Shown here: positions 13,329 through 28,162 of the stretch, piece after piece
How the letters are laid out: the number at the start of each line of letters is the position of its first letter
Numbering within the stretch: the first letter of the stretch is position 1
Notes under the pieces: model-generated
What the model saw: the letters and a program-made list of their open reading frames with translations, nothing else
The model's database searches: none
Told to the model about the DNA's origin: nothing
Translations under genes and position numbers: made by a program
Assembly: GCA_951406725.2 (NCBI GenBank)
Contig: OX597819.1
Location: forward strand, 96,286,001 to 96,350,000
Direction of reading: 5' to 3'
Length of the DNA: 64,000 nt
Origin: Octopus vulgaris
Lineage: Eukaryota

Positions 13329-14536
13329 GCACAAACACACACATATATATGTATGTACGTATATATGTATGTATATACGCGTAAATGTACATATACATAT
13401 ATGTGTTTGTAAGCTTGTGTGTAAAAGTATGTTATGCGTGTGTACGACTATGATGATGTGTGTGTCGATGAATTTCTTACGAAATTCTCTGTAATTAAGA
13501 ACAGGCGATAAATCCGTTAAGGAAATATCTTATTTCAGAGCACGAGGTCCCTTAATAGAGCGAGCAACACTAATGAGACTGGTGAAATTAGTAATTTCCT
13601 AACAACCACCGAAAACAATTCTATTTGTTTCCAACTGGGACACTAATTGCTTCTTTGATTAACTTTTCGTTGATCCTTCATCAATCTTAATAATTTCTCT
13701 CAAATGGGTTTAACTTCCGTACTCCCAGTCTGATTATTCTCTTACCTTCGTTCCGTAGGTAAAATTTATTAGTTCTTTCACAAATACAATCTTAGATTTG
13801 ATGATTTCATTCAGAAAATATTTATCTTTTCGTAAGTCGTTGATTTATGTTTTTGTTTGTGATTATCTAAGATAGGAAACTGTCTAATGAATTAATACAC
13901 GTCCTACTTTTACGCATTTTGAAGCACATTATGTTCTGTGTATTTTATTTAGCAATTTCTAAAATTCTCTTTAGCTAATATCATGGTCACCAAGTGTAGA
14001 TATATCGATGAAAAAGAAAAAGCATTAATTTGTTTAACTTCCTCACCGGGAATAACACACTTCTTATATGTTACTGTAAATGTGAACCTACTTTCAAAGT
14101 AAACTCTTCGTGCATTATATTAAAAAGCAGTATGTTCAAAATATCGTGGCTTCTGTCTCGGATTCGTATTCCGGTATTGAAGACCTTCAAAGAGCACATA
14201 GACAACTCCGACATCATACTAAACTCCATTAATTAGATCCAGTTATTTATAGAGATAACTAGTGCACTTCCAGCCTGAACATGGTTTTCTCTGTCTATAT
14301 TTGTATGGATTCAATTTGTTGAACACATCCTGATAGCAAGCACATCTCATTTCTGTCTACCAATGTGAATTCTCTCAGTTTAATTTGGGTAGATTTTAAT
14401 AATTTGACCATCGGAGATCATACGTATTAATCTGTTGACAGATATGTAATAAAGCTTCACCAGTTCAGACTGTAAAAGCACCATCGCTAGCACATACAGA
14501 GACGAATATATATTAGCGAATCTCTTCTGTCTGTAT

Positions 14537-14926
14537 GGAATGGAAGCACTCCGTCGGTTACGACGACGAGGGTTCCGGTTGATCCGAATCAACGGAACAG
14601 CCTGCTCGTGAAATTAACGTGTAAGTGGCTGAGCACTCCACAGACACGTGTACCCTTAACGTAGTTCTCGGGGATATTCAGCGTGACACAGAGAGTGACA
14701 AGGCCGGCCCTTTGAAATACAGGTACAACAGAAACAGGAAGTAAGAGTGAGATAAAGTTGTGGTGAAAGAGTACAGCAGGGATCACCACCATCTCCTGCC
14801 GGAGCCTCGTGGAACTTTTAGGTGTTTTCGCTCAATAAACACTCACAACGCCCGGTCTGGGAATCGAAACCGCGATCCTATGACCGTGAGTCCGCTGCCC
14901 TAACCACTGGGCCATTGCGCCTCCAC
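14537..14926 (-). mobile_element. SINE family C, full length with 11-bp TSD
   Basis: The reverse complement starts gtggaggcgcaatggcccagtggttagggcagc..gcggtttcgattccc (pol III A/B boxes). TSD tctgtctgtat at 14526-14536 and 14927-14937. Confidence 0.92.
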
Positions 14927-15289
14927 TCTGTCTGTATATGAACCAGGCAACAGGGAAACAAAGCTCTAGCTTTGGCTTTTGTCGTAAATCGAGCTCGTGG
15001 CTTGGAAATAAGCACGAAAGATTCTCAGATCTATAATTCTGCTCTTCAAGTTGAAAATCACACAAAAGTGACTGGAGAGAAATCTCTGAATTCTGAAGCA
15101 TCAAACGTTTTGTGCAGTGGAACACATTGGAATCTGGGTTTTGTGCAGTGCACCACTTGGGGAGTCCAGATGTTATTTTTGCGGCATCATGTTTCTCTGA
15201 CATGATTCGTACTCAATATTCACCTGCAGTATTACTTATTTCCTTCGAAAGAATCGTTCAGTATTTCTAATATTTCTGTGACATTTAAG

Positions 15290-15435
15290 ATGGCTGGATC
15301 GTTAGCACGCCGGGCAAAATGCTTAATGGCACTTCGTCCATTTTACGCCGAGATTGACTTAACCTTTCATCCTTTCGATAAAGTAAGTATCAGTTGAGTA
15401 CTGGAGTCAATGTAATCGACCTCCCCTCTCCCAAG
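15290..15435 (+). mobile_element. SINE family A, decayed
   Basis: gttagcacgccgggcaaaatgctta..cctttcatcctttcg..tgtaatcgac. Confidence 0.75.
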
Positions 15436-15543
15436 AAATATGGAGTTTTATATGTTCTCAAAAAGTGACGCCATTTTCTTTTAGATAAACGATTTTTCTC
15501 AGGGACTAATCGGATATAATAATGAATATGCGAACCTCTGTAT

Positions 15544-15920
15544 AGGTGCAGGTATAGCTGTGTCCTTAAGGGGTTTGTTTTGCAATGACGTACTTTCGGG
15601 TCCGGTTCCAATGCGCGGCAACTTGGGCTAGTGTCTTCTATTAGAGTCTCGGCCAGACCAATGCTTTGCGAATAAATTTGGTTGGGAGAAACTGTGTGGA
15701 AACCTCTCGCATATCTGAATGCAAATGCGTGAGTGTGTCTTTGTGTCCTGTGTTTGTCTTCCTCCATCTCGCTTGACAATCATTTGCAGCCCCTTCAATT
15801 AACTATTCGGTGATAGAAACCGATAAAATATGAACTGTCATCGATTTGTTCGACTAAATCCTTTGAAGGTGATTCCCAGCATAGCTGCAGTCCACAGACT
15901 GAAACAAGTATAATAGATAA
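15544..15920 (+). mobile_element. SINE family B, diverged
   Basis: Head aggtgcaggtatagctgtgt, cttgggctagtgtcttcta, tcgcttgacaa; tail gctgcagtcc..gactgaaacaagta. Confidence 0.75.
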
Positions 15921-16159
15921 AGCACAAATGGCTATCTGGTAATGCTACTATCACTACTATTGTATCATTAAATAACAACTTTCCGTTGGGAACTTAGTGA
16001 ATTACAGTCTTGTTTAAATTGACCTTCATCATGTGTTGTTCACACCTAACAGATATATAAATCAGTTACTGTCGTTCTGAAACTCCAGGTCAGCCATGTT
16101 TAAATTAGATTTATGATCAACAGCATTCTGGCCGTGATCATCTAATCCTTTTGTGTATC

Positions 16160-16389
16160 AGCGAGCTGGCAGAAACGTTAGCACGTCCGGCTAAATGCTT
16201 AGCAGTATTTCGTCTGCTGTTACGTTCTGAGTTCAAATTCCGCCGAGGTCGACTTTGCCTTTCATCCTTTCGGGGTCGATAAATTAAGTACCAGTGACGT
16301 ACTGGGGTCGATGTAATCGACTTAATCCCATTGTCTGTTCTTGTTTGTCCCCTCTATGTTTAGCTCTTTGTGGGCAATAAAGAAATAAG
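16160..16389 (+). mobile_element. SINE family A, full-length monomer, inserted in an older dispersed repeat (16060-16500; related to 3770-3920, 7950-8100, 10740-10905, 53300-53460)
   Basis: gcgagctggcagaaacgttagcacg..gagttcaaattccgccgaggtcgactttgcctttcatcctttcggggtcgataaattaagtacc..aataaagaaata. Confidence 0.92.
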
Positions 16390-17109
16390 ATACTACATTG
16401 TCTTACATTCCTTAATTAATATGGTAGGGTGTGACTAGAAGATTTGGTTGCTATTTCTAGCAGATGGATCGACTATGCATAAACACTCCCTTGTAGGCTA
16501 AAAATGTCCATGAACAGCAAACAAGGTGTAAATCCGGTATCAGGTTTAACAGATTTAACATATTAATAGAAGTTACGTGATTATTGATGGAAAAGCGTCG
16601 TTCAGAGTTACATACATTTGCTCTATCCTGCATCTACTCTATTTTCTGGCAGACAAGTCGACGCATTTTGAAGTGAAAACATATGATGTAAACATTGAAA
16701 CAACGTTACTATCTTCACAAATCCTGCTGCATTTAATATGATCCTCCAAGTCATTGTAGTGTATAAGTCGACGTACTTTTTGGCTGTAAATTTTCGTTTG
16801 AAAAACTCGACTTGTATGCCGGAAAATATGATACAGATTACAATACAAAGTATTACATACCACTCTAATGTCTTCTTTCTGAATTATGCCGACTATCTGA
16901 TAATAACATTTTTTGACGGAGAAACTATTTCCAGTGGTACAGATATACAGATGTACAGATGTACAGATGAACAGATGTAGATGGATTTCAATATCTAACA
17001 ACCAGTCGAATCAGGATTTCTTTTGTATTTATGTGTGTATGTATGCATGTCTACATGTGTTAGCACCAGTGTGTTCCCCTCTCTCTCTTTCTCTTTCTTA
17101 CTTTTATTC

Positions 17110-17139
17110 TCTGTGTGTGTGTCTGTGCGCGTCTCACAC

Positions 17140-17199
<60 letters not shown>

Positions 17200-17330
17200 G
17201 GATATATATATTTATATATATGTACATGTGAGTATATGTGAATGAATGCATGTGTGAGTGTATATTTGTAAGCGTGTGCACGAGTGTGTCTATCAACATG
17301 ATTATATATATCTTTCCATATACTTATCTG

Positions 17331-17419
<89 letters not shown>

Positions 17420-18260
17420 TTATCTATCTGTCTGCTTGTCTGTCTGTTTGTATGTGTGCATGTATGCATGTCTGTCTTTCTCGCTATCTATCTACACATA
17501 CATGCATGCATGCATACATACATACATACATACATACATCCATACATGTATGCATACATATAAAGATATACTCATATTAGTATGTACATCCATATATACA
17601 TACGTTGATGCATACGTACGTTTGTACATACGTACACACAACCAGACATGCATGTGAATCGGTCGGGCTGTTTGTGTGTGACATGTCTGGAACAAAAGAA
17701 CGTATCTCATTGAAACGTTTTCCCCTTCTTTATATAATTATATAGATATACATTGATCAATGAGTTATCGCAAGGCTGACCAAGCATGTCCAGTCCACAG
17801 GCAAAGACATATCACATCTATTGTCTAGCTTTCTCATAAATAGTTTCACCTTGGAACAATTATTGTAGCTATATAGGTCGCCGTATTTTTTTATTAAACA
17901 TTTATAGCGATTTTTTTCTTCTTCACGCTTCACTGCATTTCATATTTGACTATTCACATGCATATATGCAATCTAAGAAACTTTTATTCGCTATACTAAC
18001 ATTTTCCCATTCATATACATGACAATAACAAAATAAGAAATAAATAAAGGAAAGAAAAAAAAAGAAAACATCGTATTCATCACACGAATTTTATTTATAT
18101 ACATATATTCTTCTTTGTTATATACTCGCTTATCTTCAGGTCACCACCATTTAAACAACCTCATGATTGATTACAATACATGCACACATTTCTACGTACA
18201 CAGTCATGTTTATAAATAAATATAAATTTACATATATGTAACTGTGCATGTATATGTATG

Positions 18261-18335
<75 letters not shown>

Positions 18336-18415
18336 GTATGTATGTATATGTATATATATATGTATATACGTATACATACATACTTACATGTATATATGTA
18401 TATTTATCTATCTAT

Positions 18416-18459
<44 letters not shown>

Positions 18460-18482
18460 GCATGCATACACCACAGACACAT

Positions 18483-18529
<47 letters not shown>

Positions 18530-18659
18530 TAAAAGGACCTCCAGTAGTTTCGACGATAAGTATGCAGTTACATAGTATCGACTTAACCGTACGTTCTTTC
18601 ATTCGTATATGTTTGTATGTACGTACGTACTCGTTCACATACACATTCGCATGCATACA

Positions 18660-18690
<31 letters not shown>

Positions 18691-18712
18691 CATACATACA
18701 TACATACATACA

Positions 18713-18744
<32 letters not shown>

Positions 18745-18780
18745 CATATGCATGCATACATACAGTCATATACACATACG
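17110..18780. repeat. Cluster of microsatellites (CA)n, (TATC)n, (TACA)n, (TA)n, (TC)n
   Basis: Direct inspection; source of many spurious ORFs. Confidence 0.9.
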
Positions 18781-19644
18781 TGGATAGTTACTGTTAACTC
18801 ATTGACGAGTATTGACATCACTGACAAATCATTTAATCTTAAGTGCTAAAGATAATGGCTGTCAGCAATGCCTGTGCTTATATTTAAAGTCAATAACTGA
18901 TTGCATGACATCACTAACACTCTTACTTACACACTCAAGTAGTCCTTTGATTATAGACCTACTCAGAGCAAACAAGCAAGGACAAGATCGGCTTCGCATT
19001 GAGACGGGGGTTATTTAGGAGATGTCTAAACAAAGAATAGAGGCCTTCCATTTCCAGCTGTTGGATGATCTCTTAGTCTACTCAGTTCATCTGCCCTTTG
19101 ACTAGTTTTCATTTTTGCCCTTCAAAGTGTTCAACGAAAACCACCATCCTTACCATGGTTGAGTGCAAGTTTATTCTTAAACAAGAATAGTTTTGACAAC
19201 CAACAATATTCTTGTTTTAGAATAAACTTGTGCGTGTGAATAGAGTAAATGTTTATAAATAAGCAATTTTTTATTACCCGATTTTGTATGGAAGTCTATA
19301 AATTTCAGTGACACATCACGTAAAAACCTACGTGTCTCTGATGACACATGAGCTTCGTAGTTGCATGTTCATTGATCTAGAACAATGTAAATGGGTATGA
19401 CAAAAAGGCAGAAAACGACGTAGTGTAGAACAATTGGAGTTGTAGGATATAGAATGACTGGTTGTAGCATAGTAGGGCATAGAATGATATGCTACAGCAT
19501 GGCATAGATGTAGAATGGTAAGGATAAGATATAGAATGGATGGGTGTAGAACTGTAGGTAGGAATTAGTCGTTGTCATGTATAGTATGCTTTTGCTGAGC
19601 GTTGATGATATTACAACGAAAATCTCAGTTAAGCGCTAAGTGCG

Positions 19645-19920
19645 AGTTCTCCCATGACTTTCTCATAGGGTTTTCTTGGCAGAGATATTGAAGCGGTTTG
19701 CCAGGGCCTTCCCCAACTGGATGGCCGTAGGCTCACAAGGAGCTCACCCGTCATTCGACAAGTTTTGTTTTTAGCCCTGCTGGGTGTCCAGACACCCTCC
19801 TTACAAGAGTAGCAAGCCAGTTTGGTTGCCGACCACCCGGCCCATGAAACAAGTAGTGCTGGTTTACATGGTACCAGTAGTAGGTTTCCTCAGTCTGTGA
19901 TGAAATCCCTGTTCTGACTC
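19645..19920. mobile_element. Probable RTE-type LINE/SINE-related fragment
   Basis: gggttttcttggcagagatattgaagcggtttgccagggccttc resembles the reverse complement of the RTE/BovB-associated segment gaaggcaatggcaaaccac..ttgccaagaaaaccc (recalled, not aligned). Confidence 0.45.
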
Positions 19921-20039
19921 AAGTAATTAGAAGCGTATGTAATTGGAAGGTGCTGCTGTTTCTGACGACAGATAAGCTCTGAGCAGGTTTATAATCAAAG
20001 GCCCATTCCAGTACATAAGACTATATTGTTCTGGCATCG

Positions 20040-20406
20040 TATATCTATGACTACATTATTTAATCTGATATAGTGTGTCTAGGACTGCATTAGTATGACG
20101 TGGTGTATTTAGTACTACATTATCTTATGTCACAGTGCATCTAGTACTACATTATCTAATGTGACATGTGTTTATCTGAAGTGACAGTGTATCCTAAACC
20201 ACATTATCTAACATGCCACAGCGTATACTGGTTTACATTATCTAATGTGATACAATGTATCTAGCACTATGTCATCTAATGTGTCATAGTGCATGTAGCA
20301 TTGTATTATCCTATGTTACAGAGTAAACTGTCTCATGTAATGTGAATAATTGTATTTAAAACTAATTTATCTGATGTGTCATAGTGTATCTAGGAGTACA
20401 CTATCT
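20040..20406. repeat. Degenerate minisatellite (actacattatctaatgtg..agtgtatctag units, ~30-35 bp)
   Basis: About ten recurrences of acattatctaa/gtgtatctag. Confidence 0.7.
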
Positions 20407-20544
20407 CATATGATATTCCCATTTTTAAATGAGAGGGTGTTGAATATGAGGGTATATAATGGGCATATAATGTCAGCGTATATATAACGAGAGGATATAT
20501 AACAAGTGTGTATATAATTGGTGGTTACATAATGAAAGCACACA

Positions 20545-21025
<481 letters not shown>

Positions 21026-21096
21026 GCAAGAGAGAGTAATGAGTTGCTATAGAATGAAAAGTTATAGAAAGGGAAGATGCAAGGGGCTGCTTAAAA

Positions 21097-21410
21097 GTGT
21101 GTGGTTCGGTTGAAAAAGGGACCAACCGTTCTGCTTGTAACACGGAAGTCGAGCCGGTAGCCAAGATCAAGGAGATGTTCAAAAATCTTCCCAGGGAAAC
21201 AATGAAGAAAACATGCGCCGGATTCCGGAGCCGTCTTGTGGCCGTGGTGGAAGCTAAGGTCGGTTACTTTGAGGAAACTGCTATCTTCCTGTCGTAATCT
21301 AGTTCATATTTTTTTTTATTTTATTAAAAAAATTCTGTTATTTTTGGATGGGATGTTGTGTTTTCTTTCCTTTTATGCAAACTATCGAATATAGCCCGAA
21401 CGCCTTGTAT
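21097..21410 (+). pseudogene. Tc1/maT-like transposase C-terminus plus right end
   Basis: VEKGTNRSACNT..VAKIKEMFKNLPRETMKKTCAGFRSRLVAVVEAKVGYFE matches the Tc1/DD37D C-terminal pattern (C..FR.RL.AV.EA.GGYFE). Ends cgccttgTA. Confidence 0.7.
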
Positions 21411-21600
21411 AATGTGGCGTATATAATGGTGGGCTCTCCGTCAGACTCAACGATGAACATTCAGCTGTACAGTCAACTGAATTAATAATTGTGAAATTAA
21501 TATTTGCGTAGCTGAGTAATTCATAAACACATGTATCTTTAATGCTTTGTGCAGCTCGACACGATATGACAAAGCTGGAGTTTTAAATAACTGTCGATGG

Positions 21601-21688
<88 letters not shown>

Positions 21689-22203
21689 CGTGTGGATATC
21701 AACATTAGTACTGCTCTCGTATTTTATGTATTAACTTCGAAAAGATGAAAGGTAATTTTATATTTCTTTTGCGGGTGTTGAACTCAGAGCAAGCTGATCA
21801 TGATATTACCAAACTCACTGGGTATAAAATCAATAGGTGTATACGTTGTTGAACGATGTCAATAGGTGGAAATGACAAAATGCTGGGAAACACCGAATAC
21901 AAAGTGAAACGTCTACTTACGTTGTTCCATAAATAAATAAATCGATCGCACTTCATGTCATCTTGGCAAGATGGGAAGATATGAAATGGAATGCAGAAGA
22001 CTCCTCATGAATTCACTGGTGTTTTTGTAAAAAAAAAAGACAAAGTTGTCTTAGATGTATGCTATAAACATAACGGTAACGATACCATAAAAAGCGAACG
22101 TGATGTTATTATGAAATTTCATCACTACGAGATATATAGTCAAATGGGAACTAACTAACCAGATATCAGTCTTTAGGATCAGTCTTTAGGATCTTATATT
22201 ATG

Positions 22204-22274
<71 letters not shown>

Positions 22275-22383
22275 TAAGAGAGGTAGACGAAACATACTTC
22301 TTCTTCCACATTCAAACACGCTTTCTAATCTGTTGCTGGGCTGATAGCGGCAAATTATGTGTGTATATATATATATATATATA

Positions 22384-22575
22384 GGGAAAGTTTACGAAAA
22401 AAACAAAAGACGAAGACAGGTGGTGTACAAAACAAACACATGTATTAGTATAATGCTCAGGAATAGAAAAAGTCTTTTACGTTTCGAGTCTACTCTCTTC
22501 TACAGAAAGGGACACAGAAAACAAGGAGAGAAACAAGGAGAGAAAAATGTGTGTAGTGGCTAACGATCTATCATG
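22384..22575 (-). mobile_element. Solo PLE 3'-end fragment related to the Neptune end at 38512-38720, flanked by (TA)n
   Basis: Colinear with 38513-38716 (aaacaaaagacgaag.caggtgg..tgtattagtat..gctcagga..acgtttcgag..cagaaag..gctaacga). Confidence 0.85.
22474..22509 (-). ncRNA. Minimal type I hammerhead ribozyme motif (A6U variant)
   Basis: Reverse complement: cttt-CTGTAGA-a-gag(agtaga)ctc-GAAA-cGTA-aaag. Confidence 0.6.
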
Positions 22576-23117
22576 ATATATATATATATATATATATATA
22601 AAGACATAGTGAGGGAGAAAGAGCAGCTAAAGCTAAACTCCAACGAATTGCATGGCCGTTGCTTTTTTTAAAATAAAAATAAAATATAACAAAACGGATT
22701 TTTCTCCTTGGTACGAAAACCGTATCTTTACCTTTTGACCTACATATTTAAAAAATATTTTTTTTTTGTAACTAAACACTTTCAAACTTCGGACACTGGT
22801 AGAATATGCCATATAAAACACCTTTTACTCTTAGCATTTTTGAGAAAAAACTTATATTTACGAAGTTATTTCACGTTAAAGTTCTCGTATTTCGGTAATT
22901 TCAACCAATAAATGACGTGTATATAGCTAAATAAAATTACTGCCGTTGTTTGTCAGCAAGAACTTCCGGCGGAGTATATTTCGTTTGTCACTGATTAAGG
23001 GTCGTTTCTCTGTGTTTACTTCTGTTTTCCATTTTTTCTCTCGTTTACGTATTTAACTCGTTTGTCTACGTATTTCATGTTGTTTACACAGTTGGCGATG
23101 TCCTATACCCATATATG

Positions 23118-23182
<65 letters not shown>

Positions 23183-24499
23183 TCAAATTTTGAATTTATT
23201 TTGTATTACAATATTAGAAGGAACTCTAAAATATAAATATTATCGATGTCACATACTTAATGTCTTAAGACCAGTCAATCGCCATAGATTTACCCTGTTT
23301 TGACGTTGTTATTTCGCTTCCTTAAGGACAACATTGCTGATGGGGTGCTGTCTGGCATAGCCGCAGAGTCCTTTCTGCTGACCTATCACTGCCGACCTAC
23401 CATAGTGTGTTTCGTGGTGATCCTGGAGGAACGTATTCAAGTAACCTGTATATAGTTTATACATCACATTCAAGAACGCTGTGCGACTGTACTTTTTGAC
23501 CGTGTGCGATTCCTAGTTTTTAACCACTGGTGTTGTACGTGCAACTGCCAACCTGTCTGGCATGTCAGTTTAAGCGTTGATTGCTCTTTTGAACAGGTTA
23601 ACGAAGTCTTCCCTGTAGCTTTCTGTACTGAAAACTATTAAGTCTCTTCCAGATGATTTTTCGTTTGGTAGTGTTGCAGGAATCATCAAGAGGTTCATTG
23701 TCTGCTTTATAACTTGTGGGAAAGATGTTTGCTCACCTTCCACATCGTAATTCACCTAATGTTTTGTTTGATTATTGCTTTTTATCTCCTGAAAAAAAAA
23801 AAAAAAAAAAAAAGAAACAAGAAACAGGACGCTTCTTCGTATATATCCGAAATTACCAATTTTTGACTAGGATTAGATCAATGGCAACATTTCTAGGGGA
23901 TAATATTCATTTTAGAAAGATAGTTTTTCTTGTACTGACTTGACTGAATTCATCGCCATATTATGTATGTATGTATGTATGTATGTATGTATGTATGTAT
24001 GTATGTATGTATGTATGTATGTATGTATGTATGTATGTATGCATGTATGTCTGATATATGTGTTTATGTATGTATGTATGTATGTATGTATGTATGTATG
24101 TATGTATGTATGTGTGTTTAGGTATATATGTGTGTATGTATATCTATGTGTGTGCAAGTATGTTTATATATATGCATGCTTATATGTATGTATATACGTA
24201 TGCATGTACGTATGCATGCATGTATATATGTCTGTATGTATGTATCTATGTATATATGAATGTATGTATGTATGTATGCATGCATGCATGTATATACAGC
24301 CACCAGCAGAGGAGAAACTTTCAATATAATTGAAAGAAGCTGATGAATTACTATTGATTCCATCTTTGGTAAAGTAGCAGAACTAACCTAAAGGAATGAA
24401 CGATGGAGTCAGACACACTGGCATTGTCAGAGATATGGAAAGGGGGGGAGGGTAGTGAGGAGTGGTGGAAGAGGAGTTACTGTTGTTGTTGCTTCTGTT

Positions 24500-24504
24500 G
24501 CATC

Positions 24505-24547
<43 letters not shown>

Positions 24548-24770
24548 GCGACAGCGACAACAACAACGACAACAGTGTTAATAGTTACAAAGATATCCAT
24601 CACTAAATTGGTAGCTCTAGTTACAGTTGAACAACAGCAGCAGCAGCAGCAGAAGCAGCAGCAGAAGCAGCACCAGAAGCAGCAGCAGAAGCAGCAGCAG
24701 CAATAGCAACAACAACGACGACAACGACGACTACGACGACAACAACAACAATAACAACAACAACAGCAGC
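24500..24770. repeat. Trinucleotide microsatellites (AAC)n/(CAG)n/(GAC)n
   Basis: Direct inspection. Confidence 0.9.
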
Positions 24771-24934
24771 ACACAGTTGTAATGATAGCATCTGTATTCT
24801 ACCAATACTATGAATATAGCAACAATATCTAAGCCCTCCCCCCTCCCCAGCACCACCACTACCCAATAGCACAACTACTAACACCATCAATATATAGAGG
24901 GTGCACAGTACGATAGTGCATAGCATATATATAT

Positions 24935-25158
24935 ATTTCTTTACTACCCACAAGGGGCTAAACACAGAGAGGACAAACTAGGACAGACAAAGGGATTAAG
25001 TCGATTACATCGACCCCAGTGCGTAACTGGTACTTATTTAATCGACCCCGAAAGGATGAAAGGCAAAGTCGACCTCGGCGGAATTTGAACTCAGAACGTA
25101 ACGGCAGACGAAATACGGCTATGCATTTCGCCCGGCGTGCTAACGATTCTGCCAGCTC
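24935..25158 (-). mobile_element. SINE family A, full-length monomer
   Basis: Reverse complement of 16160-16389. Confidence 0.92.
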
Positions 25159-25849
25159 GTGTGGCTATGTACAGTGTGTATAGCACTGGGCAACGTATAT
25201 AATATATAGAAAGTATATAGTGTGACAGTGTATATGGTATGCCACAGTGTATATAGTGTACAATATGGTAGTGTATTGAGTATAAACAGTATAGAGCGAT
25301 AAGATATGTAGCCTGCAATGGTAATGTCTAAAGTCGTGAAATACAGTTTGGTATGGTGTAGTAGTTTAAAGCATAGGATACAGAAAGGGGAGGTAATCAA
25401 TTGGAAGGTGGTGAATTGTGATTGGTGGTGTATAAAACGTGTTAGAGTCTAGATAATATATATAATAGCTTAAATGATAATTATTGTAATGTAGATGTGT
25501 TGTACTCTAGGTCAGTGCTAATCAAAGTGTTGTAATGTAGATGTGTTCTGCTCTAGATCAGTCTAGTCCGTGAGCCATCAGCTACCGGTATGTGGTGAGT
25601 TTCCAGAAAAGAAACATTATAAAATGCTTATAAAATGCTTATGTAATATTGTATTATTTGTTTACAAAATAAATATAAGATAAAAAAAAATTGTCAACTT
25701 TTATTATATGTATATATATTGTTTCCGGCATAAATTAATATTACTAAGAAATATTACCGGTTCCTGGTACATTGGAAAAAATAAATTGCCGGTACGCCAC
25801 ATGAGATAGCTTGAGAAGCACTGCACTAGATAATACAGACTAAAGTCTA

Positions 25850-27160
25850 CATAATACATGTCACAGTCTTGATGATATATTTAGTAATCTAGATATATTG
25901 GAGCCTAGAAAATATCTAACGTTGTAAATAATACGTACTTTAGACAATATATATTGTGGTCTAGATAATAATATTGTAGTCTTGATTACATGTTTGTGGG
26001 TGGATAGTAATGTTCTATTCCAAGTGATACATGTTGGAGCCTTGTTAATAGATACTGGAGTTGTAGTCTTGATAATATATGTTGTGAGGCTGATTATATA
26101 TAAGGTAGTCTTGATCTCTAACTTAACGTGGAGGCGATGTAAGAATACAAAATTCTCAAAGTAAATAACCGAATCTCTCGTCAGTGACCGTAGCAGACGA
26201 TTCTCTTCTGTCAACGATATAATTATGTGTTGTTTTATGCACCACGATGCATAACGAGTCCTTATGAGAGATCCTCTCGAGGTAAATAATGCGGTATTTT
26301 GTGTTCTGACACAACATCCACGATACGTTGGAGATGAAGATTACCTTTTCGTATTAATACTGCTACTGATTCTAATAATAATTTTTTTAATATGCCCACT
26401 GACTATTTGCTACACCAGTGCTTGAATAGACATGGAAGTTCTATATATCATTGATGGGAGATTCGGTTGAACATCTATCACTGAAGAACCCATAGCAGGA
26501 TGAAATGACGTGATCTGACGGTTCCGACGGCCGTAGCAGACGATTCTCGTCTGACAACAGTATAATCTTGTGTGCTTCTATGCACCATGAGCCCTTATGA
26601 GAGATCCACTCAGGGTAAATAACGCAGTATTCTGTATTCTAATACGACATCCACGTTAAGTTGGAGATCAAGATTACTTTTTTCTTATTAATACTGCTCC
26701 TACGGCTTTTTATTACTTTTTAATATATGCTGTAGTCTGGATAATATATATTATTGTCTAGATAATAGGCTTTGTACTCTGGATAATTATAGCCTAGATT
26801 ATAGCCTATTGCTCCTACCACTATTGACTATTTATTAATATATGTTACAGTCTAGATAATTTGTATTATAGCATAGATAATATATGTTGTAGTCCAGATA
26901 ATACATGGTATTTGTAGAATGCAGATGTTATCATTACAACTGTTATTGCTGTTGTTGTTGTTGTCGTTGTCATCGTTGTTGTTGCTGTTGTTGCTGTTGT
27001 TTCAACTGTAACTAGAGTTTAGTGATGAGTATCTTTGTATTATCTGGCTAGATAATAAATACTGTAGTTTAAAATGTGTATGTTATATTGTTGATACTAC
27101 GTGTTGTGGTCTAGATAATGTTATTGCTGTCTACATATTATACGTTGTGGTCCAGATAAT
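25850..27160. repeat. Degenerate ~23-bp minisatellite (gttgtagtctagataatatat) enclosing a ~180-bp direct repeat (26188-26368 / 26532-26700)
   Basis: Recurrent tctagataata units; duplicated ccgtagcagacgattctc...tattaatactgct. Confidence 0.7.
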
Positions 27161-27473
27161 ATATGAATTTCAACTAAATGACCGGACAAAGTCATTCGGC
27201 TCATCAGAGATGGCTGCTAAACTTCGATCAAATTACACTTTACAGGCTTAGGTAACAAGGTGTTTGAAATAACCCCCCCCCCCCAAAAAAAAAAAAAACA
27301 ACAACAATAAGACCAAAAACAAAACAAGAACAAACAAAACAAACACAAAATTAAAAGCAAACAAAACAAAAAAAGGCCATGGTCACAAGTAGAATACTTT
27401 ATATGTCTGCTTAATCAGAGATGACCAAGAAATGAGCAGCAGCACCGCCGCCGCGTCCACCGCTACCACCACC

Positions 27474-27518
<45 letters not shown>

Positions 27519-28162
27519 AACGACAATGACGACGACGACGATGATAAGGACAGCTGAAACGAACAATAAAATCATCATTATCATCGTTATCAGCAACATC
27601 AAAAACAATATGCAATAATATATTATTGACAAGAAGACCGTTAAAAAAGTATTCAGTAGGGTGAATGAATTCGAACGAGTGAGCGAGAGAACAAAATATT
27701 AAAAAGGCTGATGTCAAATAAGTCAGCGTCGAATCAGCATCACCAGGTAAACGGCGTCAAAACAGCAGTATCAAAATCATACACCATCGAAATGTTATAT
27801 TTTATATTTAACTCTTAGTACTAGGCGGGCCAAAAGTCATGAAATCTGACAGCATTTTGCGATCTGTAAGCATAAAATGGTGGCTTCAGCTACTTCACTA
27901 AATACATTTTTATGCTTCGTGATATTTTTCCTGCCTTATAATTTATATTCTCTCCCTCTTTATTTGCATGTATATATATATATGTGTGTATGTATGAATC
28001 AGCTTTTGTGTTATATATTTAAGCTGTTGAGTGTGATAGTTGATTGTATTTGGTATTCTCCGGTATTACAGGTAAGAAGAGGCACATAGAATTTGGTAAG
28101 TAGGTGCTGCTTTAAGTTTATTATTTTTGGAACCAGATTTATAGGTTTGGAGTAGCTTTTCT

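Noticed and set aside
14860-14926. tRNA genes (A/B boxes in SINE heads)
   Set aside because: No complete cloverleaf, and the sequence is continuous with multi-copy SINE bodies.
14030-15205. ORF-like sequence interrupted by the SINE C insertion
   Set aside because: Joining across the TSD gives no recognisable protein and has multiple stops.
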